From: Gnetum montanum
Lineage: Eukaryota; Plantae; Gnetophyta
Assembly: GCA_015680685.1 (NCBI GenBank)
Contig: MNCI01000651.1
Coordinates: 372,001 to 436,000, forward strand
DNA length: 64,000 bases
Direction: 5' to 3'
Shown here: positions 1 to 12,599 of the stretch, piece after piece
Layout of the letters: each line of letters starts with the position of its first letter
Position numbering within the stretch: the stretch's first letter is position 1
Notes under the pieces: generated by a model
What the model was told of the DNA's origin: nothing
Databases searched by the model: none
The model's input: only the letters and a program-made list of their open reading frames with translations
Translations under genes and position numbers: made by a program

Positions 1-1600
1 TGACTATGCTAACCAAATGTAGTCATAAGGTTTCCAAGTGGGATTGACCATAGAAAGAAAAATAAAACTTTAAAACTTCATTCAAAAACCTCCATACCTT
101 CCTAGGACTCCTAGTGACCCTATATTATTAACAAATGAAGAAAAGAATCCATCAAAATGCATATCCCAAGAATGACTATGCTGATAATTGCATGCCTAAG
201 CTAGGCTAGTGTAGTCATCAATAGAATCCAATGTAGTCCATATGAAAGACCTCAAAATAAGTCATTTCCAAGTTAAATCAACTTTCCCAAAATCTTAGAA
301 CCCTGTCAAATTGGAAATCAAGGTAAAAACTCATAAATTTTCATCCCAAAACACATTTTCCAATCCCAAGGACAATAGAAATTGCATGCCTTCACTAGAC
401 TAGTGTAGTCACTATTGGAGCCCAATGTAGTCGACATGTGAGATTCTAAAATAGTCCATAAAGAACTCAAACTAACTTTTGGAAAATTATAGAATCACAT
501 GGACCATTAAACTCACCAGTTGTCATTCCAAAACTATCAACTATGTAGTGAATCACATGCTTATGCAAGGCTAACGTATTCATTAGTAGAGCCCTGTGTA
601 GTCCACATGGAAAATTGAAGAATAGGCTAGAAAATACTGAAATCAACTTTTAGAAAGACCTAGAACCTTGCAAAAGCCTATTGAGATAACAAAAACCTAG
701 GGATCAAGCCAAAACTCATTAGTTTTCATCACAAACCTCTCAACTACACTGAGGATTACATGTCTATGTTAGGCCAGTAGAGTCAAGAGGTATATGCCCC
801 TTACAAGACATAAGAAACCACTAGAACTAATAATTTGATGCCAAAACCATAGCTAGCAATAGTAGTAATCTTGGGAGTCCATTAGCATGGTTGAATAGTC
901 ATGGAAACTTACTTGAAATTAAAATTTTTGCATAACTACTTTGGGGAAGCTTGTAACTATGCTAGCCTAGCATAGTCTCAGTGTAGACATATTTTTTATC
1001 AAGGTTGACTCGCATCATACCACTCTAAATGACACAAAAATTGACTTGGGAAGTCCAAAACACTATTCAACTTCACCCAACTATAATTTCACTTTATTTC
1101 AATCATGGAAACATTAAACTCCACTCAACTATGCTAAAGCCATGCATGACTACATTAGCCTAGCATAGTCTAGTGGGAAATGCCATGAAAACCAATTTCA
1201 TTACCCAGTTTCAACTTTGGATTGACAAATTTAGTCCTTACAAGAGCCTACACTATTCTAAGAAGTTGGTAGAGCACTAATTCAAATTGTGGAATTCCAT
1301 GAATTTTTGTGTTCCATGTGATTACATGGGGGCCTACCTTGACTATATTGGCCTAGCATAATTAGCAATGGAAACATCATTTTTAGCTTCTAAAAGATGA
1401 AAAAAGAGTCAAAATGTGTCAATCTTCAATCCCAACCCCCTGTGCTAGCTGTATGAACCATTAGGAGTTCAAAAGTAACCATGTTAAACCTAGGAAATTG
1501 TTCATCAATGCTGACTATGCTAAGGATTATATGACTATGTTGGTCCAACATAGTTACTAGTAGAGCCCAACGTAGTCACTAGAAAAAGTGTTAGTTTTAC
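1..1600. repeat. Degenerate ~200-bp-period repeat region rich in GACTATGCT / GTAGTC motifs
   Basis: Units such as 'gcatgcc..ctagtgtagtca..gcccaatgtagtc.acatg' recur near 190-260, 383-450, 555-615, 755-785, 1130-1175, 1320-1365 and 1510-1580. Confidence 0.7.
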
Positions 1601-1967
1601 CTTGAAGAAACCCTAAAACAACCTCCTCATGTGCTGAGACTTCTGTATTAGCCCTATAACCTCATACCATGGCCCTCTAAGACCTAAAACTAGCAAAATC
1701 TAACTCTTTTTAACCAATATTAACTATCTTTTATCACATGTATTCCACTATGATTTATTTGATCTTGTTTCATGGTGTTTTGATCTATTTTGACCTTGTT
1801 GAACTTCACAATCCTTAGTTGACTTAATTTAGTTTCTACATAACTTTATTTTCATCATATTTTCCTTATTCTCCTTATTATGGCCTCTATTGACCTTTGT
1901 TAGCCTTTGGTTGGTGTTAGGTGATGGGGTTTGACCATTCTTAACCATCATTTGATACCATGTATCT

Positions 1968-2055
1968 ATGGTCTACCAAGGTCTTAAACAGATAACATGG
2001 CCTACCAAGGGCTTAAACTAGTAACATGGCCTGCTAAGGCCTAAAACTAGAAAAC
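1968..2055 (+). repeat. ~29-bp tandem repeat x3 (atggcctaccaagggcttaaactagtaac)
   Basis: Three consecutive imperfect copies are visible directly. Confidence 0.8.
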
Positions 2056-2499
2056 GTGTAACCTTAATTGACTATTTTTGTCCTTATTTTTCATACTTAC
2101 ATTATTCTTCAACTTTTTTTGACCTTTCTTGACCTTTATGTAGCCTTTGTTCTATTCTATCTATCTTCACCTACCTCTTATAGCCTTGGTTGACCTTGTT
2201 TGCATTTTTTTTGTCATTGAAGTAGCATGTGTTTGCATAGTTACTAAGATATTTTATAGCATTTAGGCATTATTTATTGATTTTACCTAGGTGCAACTTA
2301 ATGTGCTTCTAGTTGACATGTAGGACTGCAATATGGATACCTAGAGGAAAATTAGTTTGCATTTGAGCTTAAGTGTGCCTCACAGTGATGTCGAATGATC
2401 TATTAATCCTAACTACCTAGATCTTGATCCAAAGAGTCTCATCAACTACATAGCTTTTGTAGGAAAATTTTGAATGGCCAAAAAACCTATTTTAAACCC

Positions 2500-4914
2500 T
2501 TAACCTTGAAGTTGGTGACATTACTGAAGACTCTCTAGTTGAGATTCTTGTTATGACACATGGTGGTGAGGAGAAAACATTGAAACTAAGTTTCTTACTA
2601 GAATCTCAATAGGCTCAAGAGATTACCAAGGTCCTGCAAGATAACATTAAGTTCTTGGCCTAGTCATATGAGGATATGCTAGTTCTAGAGCCATGTTTAG
2701 TCCAACATAACATCATACTTGATCCTAACATTAGACCAGTTAAGCAAAATGTTCATAACATTAGACTTGATTTGGCCCTAGTAGTTCATGATGAAATCAC
2801 AAAACTATACCAAACTAGTATCACCAAACCTATTGATTACATGGAATGGATGTCCAACATAGTGGTAGTCCCTAAGAAAAATAGGACTATCTAGATTTGC
2901 ATCAATTTCCAATATCTAAATAAGGAAACTATCAAGAATGATTTCCCTTTGCTTAGTTTTGATCAACTTATTGATACTACAATTGGGCATGCCTTATTAT
3001 CCTTTATGGATGGGTTCTCTGGATACAACCAAATTAGGATTAACCCAAAACATCAACTTAGTAAACCTTAATGATCCCTTCTTTTATAATATAATGTCCT
3101 TTGGCCTAAAGAATGTAGGAGCAACCTACCAAAGAGTGATGATGTATATCTTTAGTGATTATATGCTAGGACTCCTCAATGACTATGTAGATGATATAGC
3201 CATTAAGTCCAAAGTGTTCAATGACCATACACATGACCTTGACCTTGTGTGAAAATGATGTGTCATGTATGAGCTTACGATTAATCCCAAAAAGTATGTC
3301 TTTGGTGTTAAAACTAGTAAGATGCTTGGCTTTGTAGTATCTAAAGTAGGAATATGTGTTGATCTTAATAAGGTTAAGGTCATATCCAACTTGGCAGCAC
3401 CAACTAACCTTAAGGATATTTAGGAATTGCAAGGTATATTATAATTTATTTGTAGGTTTATTGTTAGGCTTATGGATAAGTTACAGCCCATGCAATACAT
3501 GCTTAAGAAAGGAGTTCACTACAAGTGAACAGCTCAATGCCAAGAAGTCTTTGAAAATATTAAGCAAGAGTTGGCACAACTACCAATAGTCTATCCTCTG
3601 CAAGAGGATAAAAAATTTTACATCTACTTTATTATCTCTGATACATCTATTACCTTTCTACACTATCAGAACCAAGATGATGGAGTAGAGTTACTTGTAT
3701 ACTACTTAAGCCATGCATTAGTTGCTCATAAAACCTAATACATTGAAGTAGAGAAGTATTGTCTAGGACTAGTCTTCATATTGAAGAAGTGAAGACACTA
3801 CCTCTATAGGAGCCAAGTTAACATCATTTGCAAAGATAATGTACTTAGATCCATAATGATCAATAGCTACAAAAGTAGTCATATAGCATGTTGGAAAGTC
3901 ATAATAGTTGAGGTTGACCTTATTATGTCTCTCAAGCTTCAACAATAGATTAGGTTATAGCCACACAACTCATGGTTTCACCAATAGAAGATCATGTGAC
4001 CATAGACCCTGAGTTCCCTAACAAACATATTAACATTATTAGCATTATACCTGAGGGCTATCAGGAGGTCATGCACTTTGATGGAGCTTCGAATGCCCAT
4101 GGGACCAATGGTACTACCATCATAACCTTTCCATCTAGTGAAATCCAATCCTTCTCCTATCATTTTGAATTGCCATGTACTAATAATGTAGCCGATTATG
4201 AGGGTTTGATTAAGGTAATGATGGTGGGTCATGACCTGGGAGTAAAATGTTTAATGATCAAAGTTGATTCATAACTTGTGGTCAACGAAGTTATCGAGGT
4301 TCATGCATGTAAAGCCAAACATTTGCAATCTTACTGTGACCTAGGAAAGAAATTAATGTAACAATTTACAAACACTGATATTCAAGATGTACCCTAAAAT
4401 GAGAACACCATAACCAATGCCATCATGATGCTAGCCCTTAGTGTGATACTAGATGTGTTTAGTAAGTTACCCTCCTTAACCATGGACTATGCTATTCCAT
4501 CATTAAAAGAACTAAGGATACATTTGTATCTGTAGTGCATACTGTTTCTATAAAAGAGTGGTATGATGATATCAAGTTTTACCTTATGCATGATGAAGCT
4601 TCACAAGGCCTAATTATTTCTTAAAAGGATGTTGTATGTAAATGATCAAAATAGTATGTCATCATAGACAATAACACATAATGTCAATGATCCTATGATG
4701 GAATATTGTTAGTATTCTTGGTCAAAATCAAAGCCCACACATTCATAGAGTAGGTTCATGATGGTGTATGTGGGGAAAATATAGGACCTAGAGGCATGGC
4801 CACCAAGATTAGATGGCTAGGTTATTATTGGTCCTATATGGAAAGTGATTGTCTATAGAAGGTTAAAACTTGTGACACTTGCCAATAGCATAGTAACCTT
4901 ATACATGTACCATC
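2500..4914 (+). pseudogene. Tat-type pol: reverse transcriptase, RNase H, additional (archaeal-type) RNase H, integrase zinc finger
   Basis: Motifs WMSNIVVVPKKN, MSFGLKNVGATYQRVM and DYVDDI (RT); MHFDGAS...CTNNVADYEGLI...KVDS (aRH); VHDGVCG...CDTCQ (INT Zn finger). Many stops and frameshifts. Confidence 0.92.
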
Positions 4915-6007
4915 TAAGGATTGAAAACATAGAAATGGGGGTGAATATGTTCCCCAAAAAAAATTTAAAAGCCATAAAAACCACAAAATTTAACATGATT
5001 CTTCAACTTGGATAGTCCACACTTGGAGGGTAGATTCCTTGCACATATTTGGATTTTTTTTCTCTAAAATGTGATTTGAAGGATACCACATCCTGTAAAA
5101 GCTTTAAGCTCTACTTCTTAGTGTTTCATCACTAAAAAGCTACTCAATCCCACAAGGTTCCAATAAGCTTAGAAAGTGGTTTCAAGAATTCCATAACCTT
5201 TACAAATTACACTCCACTCCAAAGTATTTTGACGTTGCACAAACACTTAATCCCATAAGATCCCAACAAGCTCAATTACAATGGCTTCTTACAAGAAGCA
5301 CATCAACCCTAGCAAGGTAACAAGAGAGAATCAAAAACATAAGAATAGAATGTAACTCAACTTATAGGTCCTTATACTTTAAAGCACAATTCAACAACCA
5401 ATAAGGCAAATGATTTTACAAATAAAGTACATAAGTACAATACATAATGATTGCTTCGATAGTGACAATTTATGCATAAAAATTTTACAACACCCAAGAG
5501 AATGAAGTCTTCTTATAGCCTTGTAGTTTTTGAAAACACCTCAAAGTTCATGCAATGGCTATCTACTAGCTAGTGTGAACGTCTCCTTGTAGATTGGAAC
5601 ATCTATCTAAAATAGGCTTCCATTTTGGGGAGATGTCTCTTAAAGTGGGACATCTCTATAGAGATGACTCTATGGAGATGTCTTCTTTAAAAATGAAACA
5701 TCTTCTATTTTTGGAAAACATCTCTTAGTCAACTGCACTTCAGCCAAGACATCTTTTGCTTTTAGGAGACATCTTCTTAACTTTTAAACCTTGGTTCCCA
5801 AAGCTTCCTGTTAATCACTAGAGAATTTTCTTTTAGCTTTATGTCTTCTTACTCATCCATGCTCCCTTTCATCCTTATATTCTCCACTTTAACATCTCTT
5901 TATAGATGTTATTCTTTGAGCTCTTCTTCATGCCTTGCAAAAGCATCACATTCCACAAGATTCTATGTTCATTTTTCTTAAGGTTTTGACATACTAAAAG
6001 GTCAATA
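4915..6007 (-). repeat. 3' LTR of SIRE-like element
   Basis: Colinear with 10435-11515 (taaggattgaaaacatagaa...aaaaggtcaata vs tgaggatcaagaacatagaa...aaaagataaaca) and abuts the PPT. Confidence 0.88.
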
Positions 6008-6036
6008 ATCTTCTCCTTTTTAGTGATGTCCAAAAG
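6008..6036 (-). promoter_or_regulatory. Polypurine tract next to the 3' LTR; second PPT-like copy at ~6455-6486
   Basis: Minus strand reads cttttggacatcactaaaaaggagaagat; upstream copy atgtccaaaaagggggagagag. Multiple PPT motifs are a known Sirevirus hallmark. Confidence 0.75.
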
Positions 6037-6489
6037 ATAATAAAATGGATGAGTCAATAAACAAATAAACAATGATAGTAATCATTAAAAAATATTAAAA
6101 CATATAAATTTCAATGAGAACCAAGATTACAACTAGGATAATGGCTATAAAGCTCAAGGTGTAGGGTAGATATTATGTATAATCAAAAAAGAAACTCAAA
6201 TAATCAAATGATTCTAAATAAAGGAAAAACCTATCTCCACAAAAAGAGTGCACCATAAATAGATATCCAAGAAGCACCATATGTCGATAGCACAAACTAT
6301 TCATACAAGCTATCCACAAATTATTCATCCACAAACTATCCATGTAATACAACTACTAATACATCCTCAACATGTACAAAGACTACATATGTGTAAGTCC
6401 ACATCAAAAAAATCATATGTGTACATCATCAAACTATCCATATATATCAAAAACTCTCTCCCCCTTTTTGGACATTAATAAAAAGGAAA

Positions 6490-8160
6490 GATAATCCAAG
6501 AACTCTATCGACTCACCTCTATAACATCATTGAACTCTTCATCATTTGAAGTAGCAAAAGCTCTAGAAGGTTTGTATATCTCCTTCTCATCATCATTGTT
6601 GCTCATACCAGTGTTGCAAGTGTGGTACTGAACATGATCATCTAAAGAATGGATTTGAATAGAAGCCCTTTATAGATAAAAATTCATGCAAAATAGAGAT
6701 AAATTTGGTGGATCTAGCTGACCTATAGGCTATTGAGAAGTTGAAGAAGCTTCCTTCCTCTAATAGGTGATAGCATCATCAAGCCTTCATTTGGATGATG
6801 TACCAAAAGTACTCTCCATAGCCTATTGCTCAAATGAACTAGAAGCATCATCCTAATAAACATTGGTGCGAAGCTGCATGGTAATAGAATGCTCTCACTG
6901 GACATGTGCTAGTGGTGCATCAAGCTCCTCAAACTTAGACTCATTTCCTAAGTCATAGGCCTAGGAGGGTCCAATTGTTGTAGAGTGCCTTAGTGGAGTA
7001 GGAATGTCCTCCTCACCATTTGAGATGAGAGGAGTGATGATCTTATCAAAATACTACCCATTAAGAGGAAGTGCATCTCTAGCAGTGTCCATTCTCTTAC
7101 ACAAGTAAGAAAGATTCCTACCAATTATCCCAAAAGTAGTAGAAAATATCCATAGTAGCTTCTTCAAGGAAGATCTTACCTATCCATTAGAAGATTTGGA
7201 CCTTCTTAATTGAGGAAAGGCCTTAGATGATGATGTTCCTCTCTTCCTCTATGATGTAGATGGCATGGTGTTAGGTCCCACTTCATTTGCATGGAAGGAT
7301 CTTCTCTTCTCTACATACTTCCCAAGGCTCCTCTTGCCTTTGAGCAAAGGAATCTCTAAAATGAACACACCTCTATGAATAAGTAGTAGACTAATGATGT
7401 GAGGAGTTCCAAAAATCCTCTATTTGGTGAACATGTTCAATATGTCATAGTAGAGAGTATGGCCCAAGTCTAGTGGTTGTTCTATAAGTAGGAATTATAT
7501 AATAAAAGCTTGGGTGGCAATAGATAGTTATAGCTTCCCCTTTTTACAATAATGTTATATAGAATGATAAGGGACCAAGTGGAAGCATCTATAGACATCT
7601 TATTCCTATAAACTCTACCTTTACCAAAATACATTGACTCTCAAAATAAGGAATCACAAAACTCATCATCTGTGACAAGAATTATGCCATTTGAAAATAT
7701 ATCATTCATAGAATGAATGGAAGCCCAAAAAACATCAATACTAAAAATCCTAGGTAGGTGCATTTACTACTTGGGAAGATACATCAATCACTAAACCCCC
7801 AAACATAGTAGTAAATGTTCCAAAAATAGCATCAGTAATCACAATATTACAATAAAATTCTATCAAAATAAATTTAAAAACCAAGAAATCCATATTAATG
7901 AAAGCATTCTAGTTTAAAACATGAAAATAACTCATAAAATCTTGTTGCCTATGCAAAGGAAGAAACAAAGAATACTCAAAAATGATATTGGTGGCTCAAG
8001 TTACTTCTAACTAGTGTTGGATGTTCATAGATCTAAACTAAGGGTTGTATGAACTTGGAATGCCTCACCTTGATCTCTTGTTTTGGGGTGCCTCTTAAGT
8101 TCCAACTTTCTTTTAGGCGATTGTTGCTCAAATTGTTGTCACTGGTGGTGCCTTGGTCAT
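6490..8160 (-). pseudogene. SIRE env-like extra ORF remnant (boundaries approximate)
   Basis: Manual minus-strand translation gives IEFYCNIV, QPLDLGHTLY and FGTPHIISLLLIHRGV, resembling plant retroelement env-like ORFs. It lies between gag and the PPT. Confidence 0.55.
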
Positions 8161-8699
8161 CTTCTTGTGGTCATATTTGATGAAAATGATCAAAAACAGA
8201 ACTTGCATTTTTTATAAACATGTCAAATGAGCATTTTTTACAAGAAAGAAGACTCCTTTGGAAGATAGACGTCTTGTCCATGGTTAAAAATCATGTAGAT
8301 GTATCCTTTTTAGAGTAGATGTCTCTACAATGCTAAAGGCAATGATAGGAATATGTCTCATTTTAGGGGTAGACATCTCCATATAGAAGTCTCCTTTTGG
8401 GAGAAGACATATCCTAGAAGAAATATTTAGAAAGAAGTCTCTTCTAGAAGAGGCTCAATAGGATGATGTTTAGAGAAGGCTACCAAGGATTATAGTCTTA
8501 AGATATACACAAAATAAATCAAACACTTACCTTTCTTTACCTTTCTTTCTAAAGTGAATGAAGATGCCTAGTATGCTAGAGAATGAGATTCCTCTTTTGA
8601 GATTTATCTTCTTACATAAACTTTCTAAATTTCCAAGGCTTGTCTTCCCCTCACAAACTTGGTGTAGAGAGTCTCTTGGTTCCCATGTTCTTTCCTTCT

Positions 8700-10381
8700 C
8701 CATTCTTTCTTAACACCCTTATCCTTTTGAGTTGTCTAATTCTTCCTATGGTCCTACATAGTTTTCTTTCTCAATATGTTTTGGTAAGACCAAGAAGTCT
8801 CATGGTATGTTCAAATATTCATATGAAAAAACATTAAATCTCTCTTCCATTTTTTATGTCCAAATTTATGACAATAATAACATCTCACCTTCCTATAGTA
8901 GTTAAATTGATCATACCTTGGAGCTACTCTTGGTTGAGATGTAGAGCCTTATGATTCTTCATTCTTGGAGTAACCTTTGGTTGAGATGAAGGTAGTGTAG
9001 GCGATTCATCTTATGTACAACATCCTAGCCCACTCTTATCATGTGGACATCTTCTTTGTCCTCAAATCATCTCAAGGGATTTTTTCCTTTTAAGCAACCT
9101 TTCATTCACAAGTTTTACATCTACAAGCTCTTCCTTCATCTACTCACAAGACTTGGTTAGTTTTTTATTCTTATCCATAATGTCTAAGATTTCTATTGTG
9201 AAGTCTAAAATCTTTGAATTTAAGAAAAAAATGTTTTGATCCTTAATCTTTACTTGTTTACTCACCTTTGTGTAAAGATTTTGAAAAGATAAAAGCTCAT
9301 TACATAAAAGTTCATACCTTTCTTCTTCATTTTCAAATTCATCATCTATGGTGTCGGCATCATCATCTATAACAACCATACATATGATGTGTGAGTATTT
9401 TGCATCATTTATCACCTCTTCTTCACTTTGTTATTTATTATCTTAACTTGTGTAGAAGTTATTCTTTCTTGGTTCATTACTAGAACATTCGAAGGCCTCA
9501 TGGCCTTTTCCACTACAAATCAAACATTCTATAGAAGAAGAATCAAAACTAGAACTTGAAAAATTTTTACCTCCTTCTTTAAGTTTGAATTGATTGGTTC
9601 TCTACTAACTAGAGCTCTTATTTCTTTTTTCAATAAGCCTCTACAACCTTCTTGAGAGAAGAGTTATTTCTTCTTCACTACCCTCATCTTTCTCATTAGG
9701 TTCCCTTTCCTTGGAGGTAGATTTTAGACCAATGGATTTTTCTTTGGTTATCCTTTTTCTTATGAGGTTCATTTCATAAGCAACAAAAGCACTTTGAAGC
9801 TCTTCAAATTTTAGAATAGAGAAATCTTTAATTTCCTCCATGACAATAACCTTTGGTCTAAACTTCGATTGGAGAGTTCTAATCATTTTTATTATGACAT
9901 TGCTTTTAGGAAAATATTTACCAATACCTCTAATAGCCACAAAAAGATCATTTACTCTAGAGAAATAATCTTTTATTTTTTTCATGTTCCCTCATTTTGA
10001 GCTTGTCTTACTAACTTTGTAAGACTAATAGTTTAGATTACTTAACTATTGATGTTCCCTAATATGTAGCCTCTAAAGTTTCCAAAATTTCTTTGGCCAT
10101 TTTACCTCTAGCTTCTTTGTTAAATTTAGGTTTATTCAATGCACAATAGAAATATTTTTTTTCTTTTTAATTAAACATGAACTTATCTTTTTCTTCTTGC
10201 ATCCATTTTCTCTAGGTTTTATAGTATTTGTTGTGCTATTGATGGGTAGTGTGTAGCCTTCAAGGATGGACTCCCATACTTCAAACTCCATGGACTCAAA
10301 GAAGCCTTTCATTCTTTCCATCTAATAGGAAAAGTCAAACCCATTAAACATAAGTGGATTTATGTAAGATGTCCCTTCCAT
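8700..10381 (-). pseudogene. gag: Copia/SIRE gag (N-terminal motif, UBN2-type domain, two zinc knuckles)
   Basis: MEGTSYINPLMFNGFDFSY*MERMKGFFES; KIKDYFSRVNDL...KFRPKVIVMEE; CLICSGKGHEAFEC; DKSGLG; CYYCHKFGH. Confidence 0.88.
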
Positions 10382-10420
10382 ATTTTATTCTTGAATTTGA
10401 TGATAAACAAAGATTACTAG

Positions 10421-10432
10421 GCTTTGATACCA
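10421..10432 (-). promoter_or_regulatory. Primer-binding site, tRNA-iMet type
   Basis: Minus strand TGGTATCAAAGC (canonical TGGTATCAGAGC), 2 nt from the LTR. Confidence 0.88.
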
Positions 10433-10434
10433 CT

Positions 10435-11515
10435 TGAGGATCAAGAACATAGAAGGATGGGAAATGCATAAGTTTCCAAAAACAATTTAACAACCACAAA
10501 ATTTCATGTGGTTTCCAACTTGGGTATTCCACACTTGATGGGTAAATTCCTTGCACACCTCTAAACTTTGTCTCTCTAAAATGTGGTTTCAAGTGTACCA
10601 CATCCTATACAAGCTCTAAGCTTTTCTTTGTAGTGTTTCATCATTGTGAATCCACTTAACCCCACAAGGTCCCAACAATCTTAGAAACTAATTTCAAGGA
10701 TCCCAAAACCTTTTGCAAATTGAGCTCTACTCTAGAGTATTTTCATGCTGCACAAACACTCAATCCCGTAGGATCTCGACAAGCTCAATTACAATGCCTT
10801 CTTGTAAGAAGCACATCAATCCTATTAGGGGAACAAGATAGATACAAAAACACAAGGATAAATTATAACTTAAATTACAAGTCCTTGTAGTTTAAAGTAT
10901 AATTTAACAACCAATCAAGAAAATGATTTTATAAATGAAGCACACAAGTATAATATACAATGATTTCTTTGATAGTGACAATTTATGCATAAAACTTGCA
11001 TAATACCCAAGAGAATGAAGTCTTATTATAGCCTAAGAGTTTCTAAAATCACATTAGAATTCATGCAACTTCTATGTAATGGCTAGTGTAGACATCTCCT
11101 TGGAAATTGGGACATCTTTTTGAAATAGACTTTCATTATAGGGAGACATCTCTTTTAAAAGTGGGATCTCTCTGTGGAGACATCTTCTCTAGAAAGGAGA
11201 CATCTCTTGTTTTTGTAAGATGTCTTCTTTGAATTAACTTCACTTTGGCCAAGATGCCTTATACTTCTAGGAGACATCTTCTTAGCTTTTAAACTTTGAT
11301 TCTTGAAGCTTTCTCTCAATCACTGGAGCATCTTCTTTTAGGTTGTAGTATTCTTATTCATCCATGCTTCCATAAGTTCTTATATTCAACACTTTGATAT
11401 CTCTTTGTAGATGTCATTCTTTGAGCTCTCCTTCATACCCCACAAAAGCATCACATTCTACAAAATTCTATGTTCTTAATTTTTCTTAAGGTTTTGACAT
11501 ACCAAAAGATAAACA
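10435..11515 (-). repeat. 5' LTR of SIRE-like element
   Basis: TG...CA termini, homologous to 4915-6007. Confidence 0.88.
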
Positions 11516-12415
11516 CCTCCAATTGAGTTACACATCACTCAGATAACTTGGTTGTTTCAATGGTGAGGGTTGGGTATCATTGGTCATATAATGCCCAAGT
11601 CTTCCATAGGACATAGCTTTATCATCACTGCAATCGAATGCAATCGAATACTTTACAATGTGGGATGAAGCTATTTCTCTAAGGAAGACAACATCTTAAC
11701 AAGTTCTTAAATTCATACTTGATAACATAGTAACCTATTTTGGTATACCTATGATCATAGTCATAGATAATAGACCAAAATTTAGTATCCAAGAAATGAA
11801 AAACTTTTGTCACAACCTAGGCATTAAGTATTTCTTCTCATCACCATACTACCCTCAAACTAATGGGCAAGCTAAAGCAAGCAATAAGGCCATTATAAAC
11901 TTTCTCAAGAAGATGTTGAACAACAACAAATGTAAATGGCATGAGAAAGTTGTCCATGCACTTTGGACCTACATAATCATATTCTAAACTACAATTAGTG
12001 TAATCCATAAAGCATGGTTTATAGTTTTGAAGCTATTTTATCTCTTGAATTATAGGTTCCATTTCTTAAAGTAGCCTTATCATACTTCATCAATGATGAA
12101 TTGAATAAGGAATTTTGCATCATGAACCTAGACTCAATGGAGGAGTAACGGGTGCAAATACTTTCTCACATCAAGTGATACTAGGAGAGGTAGAAATGTC
12201 AACAATAACATGACCTGAACAAGCACAATATTAAGGAAGAAGACCAAATTCTCAAAGCTATCTACAAGCATGTGAAAAACTTCTTAGCAAAGTGGGAAGG
12301 ACATTTCTTAGTCACTAAGGCCTACAACAATGAATCCTTTCGAATAGTAGACATGAATGGAAATGAGTTGACAAGTCTAGTTAATTGTTCCTACTTAAAT
12401 CCTTACTACATGTAG
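11516..12415 (+). pseudogene. Integrase catalytic core and C-terminus of the Tat element (continuation after the insertion)
   Basis: PPIELH...; IVIDNRPKF...SSPYYPQTNGQAKASNKAI...KWHEKVVHALWTY; AKWEGHFLV; ends ...PYYM*. Confidence 0.92.
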
Positions 12416-12599
12416 CCCATGAGAACCAACAATTAACATCAATAAATTTGGACAATTTTTCCTACATGACCTCTTTCCATCTTTATGCATAACAAATGAA
12501 TTATAAAACTTTGTAATGCATGCAACCTATGGTAGCTTGGTTTGCTAATCATTTTATATGGCCTTATGTACTTCCTTTCATCAAGTTGATTTTTTGGGC

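Larger units (their letters stand above)
4915..11515 (-). mobile_element. Ty1/copia SIRE(Sirevirus)-like LTR retrotransposon, non-autonomous (gag + env-like, no recognisable pol)
   Basis: Two homologous ~1.09-kb LTRs, tRNA-iMet PBS, duplicated PPT motifs, copia gag, and a decayed 5-bp TSD (ccatc / cctcc) within the host integrase codons H-V-P-P-I-E-L-H. Confidence 0.85.
1..12560 (+). mobile_element. Degenerate Ty3/gypsy Tat-clade (Ogre/Retand-like) LTR retrotransposon, internal portion; interrupted at 4915-11515; right end approximate
   Basis: Fragmentary ORFs give RT, RNase H, an additional RNase H and integrase in the order RT-RH-aRH-INT. No LTR recognised in the window. Confidence 0.85.

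Noticed and set aside
1-1600. CRISPR-like repeat-spacer array
   Set aside because: Eukaryotic TE context, degenerate repeats of irregular length, non-unique spacers and no cas genes.
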